From Candidatus Woesearchaeota archaeon (GTDB lineage Archaea; Nanobdellota; Nanobdellia; SCGC-AAA011-G17; JACPIM01): DNA of 39,190 bases. Positions 23,667 to 32,344 of the stretch are shown here, in pieces. A program made the position numbers and the translations under genes. The number at the start of each line of letters is the position of its first letter. The first letter of the stretch is position 1. The notes under the pieces were generated by a model. That model did no database searches. It was not told where the DNA came from and saw only the letters and a program-made list of their open reading frames with translations. The DNA lies in assembly GCA_964603525.1 (NCBI GenBank), contig CAZRVI010000002.1, positions 1 to 39,190 on the forward strand. Direction: 5' to 3'.

Positions 23667-24934
23667 AATATACTCTACAAGGACCAAAAATAAACTTAAA
23701 AGTCCAAGAACACTTTAATATAATAATTAGTATAATAAAAAAAGAAATACCAAATATTTTAAGTATAATGCTCGCAGGAAGCTTTGGGCTTGGAGAAGGT
23801 CCTGTTAAATTAATAAAAAATAAAATTTATCCTTTTAATGATTATGATATTTATTTAATAACTAAACGAAAAATAAAATCAAAAAAAATTAATAAAATTG
23901 ATAAAGAAATCTCAAATAAACTTAATTTTATGTCAAAACTTTCATTCCATAAATTTACTAAGAAAAAAAAGACTTTCAGAAATACTTTTTTTGTTGATTT
24001 AAAAACATTTTCATATAACAAGTTAAAAAACCTTTCACCAAGATTAAGAAATTATGCAATGAAAAAAGCTACTAAAATCTTATATGGAAAAGATTTTAGG
24101 TATTTAATCCCAAATTATTCTTTAAGCGATATCCCTTTATCAGATCCAGCAAAGCTATTATTAGATAGGTTTAATCAACTTGTAGAATATTATTCTTTAA
24201 ATAGAGATAGTGATCCATATATCTTAGCATACAAAATTCAAGCAGCTTATTCTGCATGTTCAACAGCCTTGTTAATGCTAAGACGAAAATTTAATTGTTC
24301 TTATTTAAAATCTGCACAGATATTGAATAAAATTTATAAAAAAGAATTTCCAGAATTATATAAAAAATTACCTAACTTGCATCTAAAGATTAAAAAATAT
24401 GTTTATTGGAAAGCAAATCCTAATAAATTACCTGCTAAAGATCTTAAACAAGAGTTATTTAAAGCAATATACAATACTTCTGAAGTAACAAAATATTTTT
24501 TCTCAAAATTTTTATCCAAAAAAATATCAAATAAAAATGATTTATCTAATGCATTGTTAAAAATGAGCAAAGAATTCTATAAACCTTATATAAAATATAA
24601 ACTTGCTTTTAAATCAGATTTAGTATATAACATTCTATTCCCACTTATTAAATTGTTTTTAAAATATAAATACTTTTTAAGAGTTAGAAAAATAAGCAAA
24701 AAATTTTATTTCAAAATATTTTTTAACAAATATACACCAGATTCCTATATATATGCAGCAATACCGTATCTAGTTTTATCCATAGATTATAATAATAAAA
24801 TAAATAAATCTGATATTAATAAATTAAAAGAAATAATAAAAAAAGTATATCCTCTAAAAGGTAAAATATGGGAAGAACTAAGTTTAATATTTAGAAATGC
24901 ATACACAGCATTTTTCTTTCAAGATTTTGAATAA
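23663..24934 (+). CDS. hypothetical protein with possible N-terminal nucleotidyltransferase (Pol-beta/LicD-like) fold
   Basis: 423 aa. LAGSFGLGEG...PFNDYDIYLIT (G-S ... D-x-D) and a later FFVDLKTF strand fit an NTase-fold signature with a longer than usual spacer. The remaining ~300 aa are lysine-rich and helical with no recognisable motif. ATGA overlap with the upstream GT2. Confidence 0.4.
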   Translation: MKYTLQGPKINLKVQEHFNIIISIIKKEIPNILSIMLAGSFGLGEGPVKLIKNKIYPFNDYDIYLITKRKIKSKKINKIDKEISNKLNFMSKLSFHKFTKKKKTFRNTFFVDLKTFSYNKLKNLSPRLRNYAMKKATKILYGKDFRYLIPNYSLSDIPLSDPAKLLLDRFNQLVEYYSLNRDSDPYILAYKIQAAYSACSTALLMLRRKFNCSYLKSAQILNKIYKKEFPELYKKLPNLHLKIKKYVYWKANPNKLPAKDLKQELFKAIYNTSEVTKYFFSKFLSKKISNKNDLSNALLKMSKEFYKPYIKYKLAFKSDLVYNILFPLIKLFLKYKYFLRVRKISKKFYFKIFFNKYTPDSYIYAAIPYLVLSIDYNNKINKSDINKLKEIIKKVYPLKGKIWEELSLIFRNAYTAFFFQDFE

Positions 24935-24936
24935 AA

Positions 24937-26034
24937 ATGAAGAAAAAGCGATTGATAGTTTGTTTGGATGGATTAGGTTATGCTGAAATATCCAAAGATA
25001 AAACTCCTTTCTTATACTCATTTGCTAAAAAAAATTATATCGCTAGACTTAAAACTCTCTTAGCATTTACAGGAATAGAATATAGTTTCTTTAATGGAAA
25101 TTTACCTGATGACCATAAAGTCTTTCTAGAATTTAAATATTCGCCAAAAACAAGTTGTTTTAAATGGCAAAAGTATTTTTGGTTTTTAGGTAGAAATTTT
25201 CTTTCATACACAACTGCTTTATTCCAATATATCTTTAGTAAAGGTTATTTAACAAAACTCTATAGTATCCCATTAAATATAATTCACAATTTTGATGTTT
25301 CAACTAAGAAAGGGCCTTGGGATCTAAAAATGTTTAAGAACAAAAATTATGTCCTTTTTAAATGGCCTTTATTAGTTAAAAATGGAAAAAAAACTTTAAA
25401 ATTATTTAATTATTCTGATTTTAAAAGATGCCAATTAATAATAAATTCTATATCAAAGAACATAGATTTATATGCTGTTCATCTTGTAGAATTAGATAAA
25501 GTAGCACACAAACATGGAAAAGATACTTTTAAATATACTCAACAAATCAAGAAACTAGATAAATTAGCTAAATTTTTAGTCACCAATTTCAAGAAAAAAA
25601 TCCCTGATATAGAAGTAATCTTTTGGTCTGATCATTATTTTATAAACATTAAAAAGATAATAAATATTAAAAACCTTTTACCAAAATCAAATGATTATTT
25701 AGTATTTATTGGAGGAACATCTCTTTCCTTTTGGTTTAAAAATAAAAAAATAAAAAAAACAATAATAAATCTTCTTAAAAAGATAAAGGAAGGTTATATT
25801 TTAACAGAAAAGGAAAGAAAAAAATATAATATTCCCACAAATATCGAAAATGGAGAACTTATTTTTGTTGTGAAACCAGGCAATTATATATTTCCAAATT
25901 ATTATCAAGCAAAAATTCCTTATAAAGCAATGCATGGCTATGAACCTGATAAATATAATTCAGACGGGATTCTTATAACAGATATAAAACTAAAGAAAAA
26001 ATCTTATTCTTTGGACGAAATAATTAATCTTTAA
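24937..26034 (+). CDS. alkaline-phosphatase-superfamily metalloenzyme (type I phosphodiesterase/nucleotide pyrophosphatase-like)
   Basis: LIVCLDGLGYAEI (metal Asp). AFTGIEYSFFNGNLPDDHKV has T ... G-x-x-P-x-x-H spacing like the NPP nucleophile region. HLVELDKVAHKHG (D..H) and FWSDHYF (DH) are also present. The ATG lies 2 nt after the upstream stop. Confidence 0.55.
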   Translation: MKKKRLIVCLDGLGYAEISKDKTPFLYSFAKKNYIARLKTLLAFTGIEYSFFNGNLPDDHKVFLEFKYSPKTSCFKWQKYFWFLGRNFLSYTTALFQYIFSKGYLTKLYSIPLNIIHNFDVSTKKGPWDLKMFKNKNYVLFKWPLLVKNGKKTLKLFNYSDFKRCQLIINSISKNIDLYAVHLVELDKVAHKHGKDTFKYTQQIKKLDKLAKFLVTNFKKKIPDIEVIFWSDHYFINIKKIINIKNLLPKSNDYLVFIGGTSLSFWFKNKKIKKTIINLLKKIKEGYILTEKERKKYNIPTNIENGELIFVVKPGNYIFPNYYQAKIPYKAMHGYEPDKYNSDGILITDIKLKKKSYSLDEIINL

Positions 26035-27496
26035 CTTCGTAGATAATCAAAATAGGTTTGTTATTTAAATTATAAATCTTAATAGGTTTAAATCTTTCTT
26101 TATATTCTCCAAAATATGTATAAACCCACTCTGGATGTTGTTCAAAAATAGAAACTACAACATATTTCGGTTTTAATTCATTCAACTGCCTTTCAAATTC
26201 TTCTCTATTTGCTTCATAACCATAAACAAATCTTTCAGAATAATAAGTATATTGTGGTGCAGATTGACAAATTACAACATCTCCAGGGTTTGTATGTTTT
26301 TTTATCCATAATGCAGATTGTTTTACTTCTAAATAAGAATTTTTTTTAAACTTTATAATCTCATTAGCAGCACTAATTTGAGAATATGCTCCAGCAAATA
26401 GTATTACAAGAACAAAAATACTCGCCAATTTTTTATTATGTTTTTTAATATAATTATGAACTTTTAATAAACCAACCCCAGCAAGAATAAAAATTGCAGG
26501 ATAAGCCCATATAAAATATCTTTCTTGCACATATTCGCTAAAATATCCATGATATACTAAAGGAACTAAAATCCAAAATAAAATAAAAATTAGTTTCATT
26601 AATTTTTTGTTCTTAAATATCATATCAAAACCAATAAACAAATCAACAAACACTCCGCAACCAATTAAAAACATTATAAACATAAACCAACTTGTATTAA
26701 CAATAATATCTTTAAAATAATTCCAAATTCCTTTTAGTTTCATATAATTTGGAGTTGGACCTTCTTTTATACCAATACTTGTGTAATGTTTAATAAAATC
26801 TCTTATTCCTCCAGGATAATGTTCTTTATATTTAATAAAAAAAGGAGTTAATATTAAGAATATTATTAGAAAGAATATCCAAAGATGTTTACTTTTCAAA
26901 AATCTTAATTTTTCTTTTAATAAAACAAGAATTCCTAAAGGGATTATTGCTAAAAAAAAGGCAAACTTACTGAAAAAAGACAAGCCGATTAATACTCCTG
27001 ACAACCAAATATACCAATATTTTTCTTCTTTAAAATAACCTTTCCAAAACAACCACAACCCAGAAATAAAAAAGCAAGTTGCAGGAATTCCAACTAACAG
27101 TCTTCCTGTTAAAAATAAATGAATTCTACAAATACTCATTCCAAAAGCAGCAATTAATCCAACTTTTTTATTAAACATTTCTTTTCCAAGTAAATAAGTA
27201 AATAATATAGTTAAAAAAGAAAACAAAAGTTCTGTAAGTCTTAATGCTAATTCACTTCCACCTATTTTAAAGATTAAACCCCAAAACAAAGGCAAGAAAA
27301 GTGGTCTTCTATAATACCATAAACTTTTTACATGTTCTAAACTTAAACCAATTCTTTTTGCTTCACTAAGATAATCTCCTTCATCCCACCAAACTGGTTG
27401 ATTATATGTAATAGAAAAAACCCATATTCTTAATATCAAAGCGAAAATTAATATTCCGAACAAAATTAATACATATTTGTTTTTTGTTTTCAACAT
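26024..27496 (-). CDS. GT-C glycosyltransferase, ArnT/PMT-like (GT39/GT83-type, dolichyl/undecaprenyl-phosphate sugar dependent)
   Basis: 490 aa. The first periplasmic loop reads NQPVWWDEGDYLSEAKR (DE motif). About 11-12 TM segments, then a soluble C-terminal domain (~100 aa). Confidence 0.7.
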   Translation of the reverse strand: MLKTKNKYVLILFGILIFALILRIWVFSITYNQPVWWDEGDYLSEAKRIGLSLEHVKSLWYYRRPLFLPLFWGLIFKIGGSELALRLTELLFSFLTILFTYLLGKEMFNKKVGLIAAFGMSICRIHLFLTGRLLVGIPATCFFISGLWLFWKGYFKEEKYWYIWLSGVLIGLSFFSKFAFFLAIIPLGILVLLKEKLRFLKSKHLWIFFLIIFLILTPFFIKYKEHYPGGIRDFIKHYTSIGIKEGPTPNYMKLKGIWNYFKDIIVNTSWFMFIMFLIGCGVFVDLFIGFDMIFKNKKLMKLIFILFWILVPLVYHGYFSEYVQERYFIWAYPAIFILAGVGLLKVHNYIKKHNKKLASIFVLVILFAGAYSQISAANEIIKFKKNSYLEVKQSALWIKKHTNPGDVVICQSAPQYTYYSERFVYGYEANREEFERQLNELKPKYVVVSIFEQHPEWVYTYFGEYKERFKPIKIYNLNNKPILIIYEVKD

Positions 27497-27647
27497 ACCT
27501 ATACTTAAAGATTTTTTATTTAAAAATATAATGGTTTAACAGCTCTGATAAAATATCCATCATAAATTTAAGTACATATGATATAGACTTGAGAAATTCA
27601 GCATAGTTATTTCATTTCAACCAAAAACTTTATATCTTATTTTTATT

Positions 27648-28331
27648 ATGATATATAAATCTATGAAAATTTCTAATTTTGAAAAATGGAATAATGACAT
27701 GGTTGAAAAGTACAATCCAAATAATTACTATACTCACACCAACCCTTTAATAAAATATATTGAAAATAAAAGAATACATTCTATTATTAAAATGCTAAAA
27801 CCAAATAATAATGATAAAATTATAGAAATCGGATGTGGTGCAGGACACATATTAAAAAGAATTAATAAAGGAAAGATTACTGGATTAGATCTTTCTACTT
27901 ATGCGCTAAAATTAGCACGAAAAAGATTATCAGATAAAAATGTAAAACTAATAAAAGGAAATGCAGAAAAATTACAATTTAAAGATAAATTTGATAAAAT
28001 TATATGTACAGAGGTCCTAGAACATGTTCAACATCCCAAAAAAGTTATTAAAGAGATACAAAAAATATCCAAAAATGATTCCATAATAGTAATATCTATC
28101 CCCAATGAAAAATTAATAAATTTTTTAAAAAGAATATTTATTAAACTTAAATTATTCAAATTTCTTTTTAAAAATATTCCAGAAAGAATGGATGAAGAAT
28201 GGCATTTACATGTATTTAATTTAAAATCATTTAAAAGATTAATAAAAAATAAACTTAAAATAATAAAAATTAAAAAAATACCTTTCTTTTTTTTACCAAT
28301 AAGATTCGTTTTTAAGTGTAAATTAATTTAA
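27648..28331 (+). CDS. class I SAM-dependent methyltransferase (Methyltransf_11-like)
   Basis: Motif I IIEIGCGAGH, acidic GLDLS, post-II FDKIICTEVLEHVQHP. A TTTATATC box at 27629-27636 fits the internal ATG at 27663 (MKISNF...) better than 27648, so the start is uncertain. Confidence 0.8.
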   Translation: MIYKSMKISNFEKWNNDMVEKYNPNNYYTHTNPLIKYIENKRIHSIIKMLKPNNNDKIIEIGCGAGHILKRINKGKITGLDLSTYALKLARKRLSDKNVKLIKGNAEKLQFKDKFDKIICTEVLEHVQHPKKVIKEIQKISKNDSIIVISIPNEKLINFLKRIFIKLKLFKFLFKNIPERMDEEWHLHVFNLKSFKRLIKNKLKIIKIKKIPFFFLPIRFVFKCKLI

Positions 28332-30362
28332 TTCTTTAGAACCATAAATAATCATAAAAACCAACCCTAATATTAGACTTATAGAAATCAAAAATAATAC
28401 AAATCTTATATTAGGAGTTTTGTATTTAATATTTATAATTCCATTTTTTTCTGTTGGTATAATTAATGTTGAAGGAATACCCTCATAAATTTTTAATTCT
28501 TTATCATTTTGATATGCTTTCCAATAAGGATGATAGCTTTCTGCTATAACCAAATACTCTTCTTTCTTCACTCTTGTTATATTTAATTTTAAATACCCTG
28601 GTTCTCTTTTTATAATACTAACTTTTCCAACCAAACTTCTATTTAAATTAAAATCTGTATTTAAATTTCTAGAATGTACAAAACCAACTTTATCAAAAGG
28701 AATAATATTTTGGTTTAAGAAAGTATAAAAAACACCAAGATGTTCTGGTTCTTTATTTTTAATAACAACAATGTTTGGAACTAATCTTACATAATCTAAA
28801 AATTTTTCATTCTCATATATTGCATAATTATAACCCCTCTTAATTTCCTTTAAATAAGGAATTCTTACCTCATTTTTAAATAATAAATATTTAATCCCTA
28901 ATGTACCATATAAACCAGCAAAATTATAAATACTAGGTTCTTGTTTTAATAAACTCCAACCCATACTCCAAAAAAAGAAATGATACTTCGGCGCAGCTAG
29001 ATAATTTCCTCCATTCAAAATTCCATGTTTATGTAAAATTGGAGAAAAACCAAAAGGTGCAAAAGCCTGATCTTCTATTCTATAATATTCTTTATCTTTT
29101 GCTATTTCTTTATAAAATTCAACAACACCACTTGGTATTTGTAACTCATTTCCTTTAACAGGTCTAAAATGAAGATAATTGAAAAAAACTAATAAAACCA
29201 AAATTATTGTTACAATAAGCTTAATATTTTCATTAGTTTTTCCTTCTTTATTTAGTTCCAAGAAATTATATTTTTTAATAAATTTTACAAGATGTTCAGA
29301 AATTTTTTCCATACCAGCGACAATAATAATGCTTAATGGCACACTTAAAACAGAGAACATCCTAACAGCTCTTTCCAGTGTTGCTTTAATAAATTCAGGT
29401 ATTATGGGATATAAAAATAAACCCACCAACAGCAAAATAATTGCCATTAACCAATACTTTACTAACTTGTTTTCTTTTTTAATTTTCAAACCAATTAAAT
29501 ACCCAAATATAGAGATTAATCCAATAAATCCTATATACTCTGATCTTGAATTATTTTTACTAAAAAATCTAAAAATAGATAAGGGTCTAAAACTTTCTGA
29601 AGAATGTTTTTTAATAACATTAAAGTTTAATGTATTACTAATTTGATAAGCAGGGATTAAAAAGACAAAAGAAATTATTACTCCTATCAACAGAAAAGGT
29701 ATTATCTTTAAAACAATTTTTTTATCATTGATAAAATAATCATAACTCATAATTAAAATTAAAGCTCCGAGTAGAACACTACCAACAGCATGATGTGTTA
29801 ATAAACATAAACCTACAAATAGACCTAATAAGGCAAAATATCTTAATTTAGGTTTTTCAATTAAAATTTCATATACTAAAAATGATAACGGCACAAATAA
29901 TCCTCCAGTAAATTCTGATAATGTTCCACCACCAGCAATCATCAATCTACTTGGGAAGGAAATGAAAATTAAAGTTGCTAAAAATGCTTTAAATCTGCTT
30001 TGAAATAATTTTTTTGCTAATAAATAAAAAAAATAAGCTGATAATAAACTAATAACTAAAATAAAAATTTTAGGTGTTAAAACACCATTAAAAATTAAGG
30101 AAATCGGCAAAGCCAAAAAATAAGTTAGAGGTTGATATAAACCTAAGAAAGGTTTTCCACCAAAATGATCGGAAGTCCAAGAAGGAATTTTATTGTAATC
30201 TATTAATGAATTTTTTAGATACCAAAAATTATATGCATGAACTTCCATATCGTTTGTTCCGCCTATAAATTTATTAGTAAAAATATTGAATAAAAGAATA
30301 ATAATTATAATACCTATAATTAATAAATAAATTAAATCTCTTTTTTTGCCAGATATTTCCAT
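28323..30362 (-). CDS. large polytopic membrane protein, GT-C-fold-like (YfhO/PTPS-related-like)
   Basis: 679 aa. The first loop GGTNDMEVHAYNFWYLKNSLIDYNKIPSWTSDHFGGKPFLGLYQPLTYFLALPI parallels the 13271-14821 protein. About 13 TM segments, a ~230-aa extracytoplasmic domain and a final C-terminal TM. Family name is uncertain. Confidence 0.5.
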   Translation of the reverse strand: MEISGKKRDLIYLLIIGIIIIILLFNIFTNKFIGGTNDMEVHAYNFWYLKNSLIDYNKIPSWTSDHFGGKPFLGLYQPLTYFLALPISLIFNGVLTPKIFILVISLLSAYFFYLLAKKLFQSRFKAFLATLIFISFPSRLMIAGGGTLSEFTGGLFVPLSFLVYEILIEKPKLRYFALLGLFVGLCLLTHHAVGSVLLGALILIMSYDYFINDKKIVLKIIPFLLIGVIISFVFLIPAYQISNTLNFNVIKKHSSESFRPLSIFRFFSKNNSRSEYIGFIGLISIFGYLIGLKIKKENKLVKYWLMAIILLLVGLFLYPIIPEFIKATLERAVRMFSVLSVPLSIIIVAGMEKISEHLVKFIKKYNFLELNKEGKTNENIKLIVTIILVLLVFFNYLHFRPVKGNELQIPSGVVEFYKEIAKDKEYYRIEDQAFAPFGFSPILHKHGILNGGNYLAAPKYHFFFWSMGWSLLKQEPSIYNFAGLYGTLGIKYLLFKNEVRIPYLKEIKRGYNYAIYENEKFLDYVRLVPNIVVIKNKEPEHLGVFYTFLNQNIIPFDKVGFVHSRNLNTDFNLNRSLVGKVSIIKREPGYLKLNITRVKKEEYLVIAESYHPYWKAYQNDKELKIYEGIPSTLIIPTEKNGIINIKYKTPNIRFVLFLISISLILGLVFMIIYGSKELN

Positions 30363-30382
30363 TTGTTAAATTATTTATTTTA

Positions 30383-30390
30383 TTATATAT
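30383..30390 (-). promoter_or_regulatory. possible internal TATA box ahead of the 679-aa membrane protein gene
   Basis: A TATATA-rich element (TTATATAT) centred ~25-26 nt upstream of the minus-strand ATG at 30360-30362, in the only sizeable gap (42 nt) at the end of the long minus-strand operon. Confidence 0.3.
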
Positions 30391-30404
30391 AATCCTTTCT
30401 TTTT

Positions 30405-31271
30405 TTACTTTGTACTTTCTACCCTTTTCCATACATCCATAACCTTTTTTTTACTAAATTTATCATAAAAACTTAACAACCAACTATATAATCTCGCAGG
30501 AAATAATAATAAGGTATAGCAAAATTCCTTTAAATTTTTAGGATAACTTAAAGCTTTATACCAACCATAAAAAACTTCATTAAAAAAAGATTTCATTTGT
30601 GGAACATCCCTTAATAATCTTTTTGCATGATTATGCCCCATAGCATTTCTTCTTTTCTGTTTTATCCAATCTTTTAAATTAGAAGGATTTTTAATATAAG
30701 CAATAGCTTTAGGTTCATATTTTATTTTATAACCTTTCTTTAAAACTAACATAGAAATATAAGCATCATCTAAAACATCTTCTGGTAATTTTTCAAATAA
30801 TTTTTTCCTTATAGCAAAAATATAACCTGAACAAAACATAGGCATATTCTTTTTATCTCTTATTAATCTTTCAATATGTGCTGAATCATTTAATAAATGT
30901 GCCCAATATCCAAATAAAGTTTTTTTATTATCTAAAGCCACAGGTCTTCCAGTTACAGCACCTATTTTTCTGTCTTTAAAATGTTTTATTAGTTCATTTA
31001 CAGAATTATTACTTACATAAACGTCACCATCACTTAAAACAATAATATCACCTTTAGCTTTTTCAAAAGCTAAATTTAAAGCTGATGGCTTCCCTTTTCC
31101 TTTATCCTTTAAACATTTTACTTTATATTTTCTTGCTTTATCTAAAGTTTTTTTATCAGGTGCAACAACAATAACTTCATATTTTTCCTTTATTTTTTGC
31201 TTAAGAAAACTTTCTATAGCCCTACCTATTGTTTTTGGTTCTTTATAACTTGTTATTATAATAGATATCAT
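30405..31271 (-). CDS. GT2-family glycosyltransferase (PgaC/NodC-like catalytic domain, degenerate QxxRW)
   Basis: ISIIITSYKEPKTI, VLSDGDVYV (DxD-type), CSGYIFAIRK, DDAYIS and KQKRRNAMGH (aligned position of Q-x-x-R-W, with W replaced). It lacks the multi-TM region of processive synthases. Confidence 0.8.
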   Translation of the reverse strand: MISIIITSYKEPKTIGRAIESFLKQKIKEKYEVIVVAPDKKTLDKARKYKVKCLKDKGKGKPSALNLAFEKAKGDIIVLSDGDVYVSNNSVNELIKHFKDRKIGAVTGRPVALDNKKTLFGYWAHLLNDSAHIERLIRDKKNMPMFCSGYIFAIRKKLFEKLPEDVLDDAYISMLVLKKGYKIKYEPKAIAYIKNPSNLKDWIKQKRRNAMGHNHAKRLLRDVPQMKSFFNEVFYGWYKALSYPKNLKEFCYTLLLFPARLYSWLLSFYDKFSKKKVMDVWKRVESTK

Positions 31272-32344
31272 CTATACAACCTTTCTAACTTTTTACATAT
31301 TTTATCCCAACTTAAATTTTCAGCAAATTTTCTTGCATTTTTTCTTATTTTAATTAATTTTTTATAATTTTTAATAACATAATTTAATTTCTTAATTAAA
31401 CTATCTTCATTTTCAAATAAAAACCCTCTATCTTTATTAATTAACTCTTTACCTCCTTTGGTATAAGAAGAAATTACTAATTTACCAGCACCCATTGCTT
31501 CTAGCAAAACAGTAGGAATAGCTTCCCTTTTACTAGGTAATATAAAAATATCTGAATTTTTCAAATAATTTATTTCATCCTTTAAGTTATAAATCTTATC
31601 TATTATATTAACATTCCTTAAATTAGCTTTAAAATCATATCCATTTTCTATTGGTCCAACTATTTTGAAATTTAGATTTTTAAATTTATTAGCAATTCTT
31701 AATATCAGCTCTAAATTTTTAATAGGCGAAATCCTTCCTAAATATAAAACAGTTTTAGGTTTTCTAATCTTTATAGGAATCTTTAAAAGCTCTTTAGGAA
31801 TTCCATTATAAATATGAATTATTTTATCTTTTCTACATCCTAATTTTCTTAAATAAGGAATTTCCCATTTGGATATTGCAATTACTTTATCATAAGAATT
31901 AAGAATTTTTTTACTTAAAAATTTATCATAAAACCAAACAAATAAATTTAATAACAAACTTCTTAATCTTTTATCAACAAAAGGAGCATGTGTAGTTAAA
32001 AAACATTTCGCCTTTAATTTCTTTGATAATTTTGGTGCTAATGTAGAATGGGGATGTCTATAAACATGCGTATGTATAATATCTGGTTTTAATTTAAGTA
32101 ATTTCTTTTTAAAATTAAAATACAAAGCATTTCCAAATTTAAATCTAACAGGAAATCTATGAATTTTTATTCCTTCATATACCTCATAATTTGAGGATTT
32201 TTTATTAGTTCCCTTGATTATATTAGAAGAAAAAACATGAACATCATATCCCCTTTTAATTAATTCTTTACTTATATTATACACTCTATTCCAAACACCG
32301 CATGCACTTGGATATGAATAAGGACACAAAATTGCTATCCTCAT
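31268..32344 (-). CDS. GT4-family (GT-B fold) glycosyltransferase
   Basis: MRIAILCPYSYPSACGVWNRVYNISKELIKRGYDVHVFS N-terminus. EAIPTVLLEAMGAGKLVISS (E-x7-E motif). Confidence 0.85.
   Translation of the reverse strand: MRIAILCPYSYPSACGVWNRVYNISKELIKRGYDVHVFSSNIIKGTNKKSSNYEVYEGIKIHRFPVRFKFGNALYFNFKKKLLKLKPDIIHTHVYRHPHSTLAPKLSKKLKAKCFLTTHAPFVDKRLRSLLLNLFVWFYDKFLSKKILNSYDKVIAISKWEIPYLRKLGCRKDKIIHIYNGIPKELLKIPIKIRKPKTVLYLGRISPIKNLELILRIANKFKNLNFKIVGPIENGYDFKANLRNVNIIDKIYNLKDEINYLKNSDIFILPSKREAIPTVLLEAMGAGKLVISSYTKGGKELINKDRGFLFENEDSLIKKLNYVIKNYKKLIKIRKNARKFAENLSWDKICKKLERLYR

Noticed and set aside
29179-29646. 155-aa plus-strand ORF inside the 679-aa membrane protein gene
   Set aside because: It is antisense. 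Hydrophobic antisense translations are expected opposite TM-rich, AT-rich genes.
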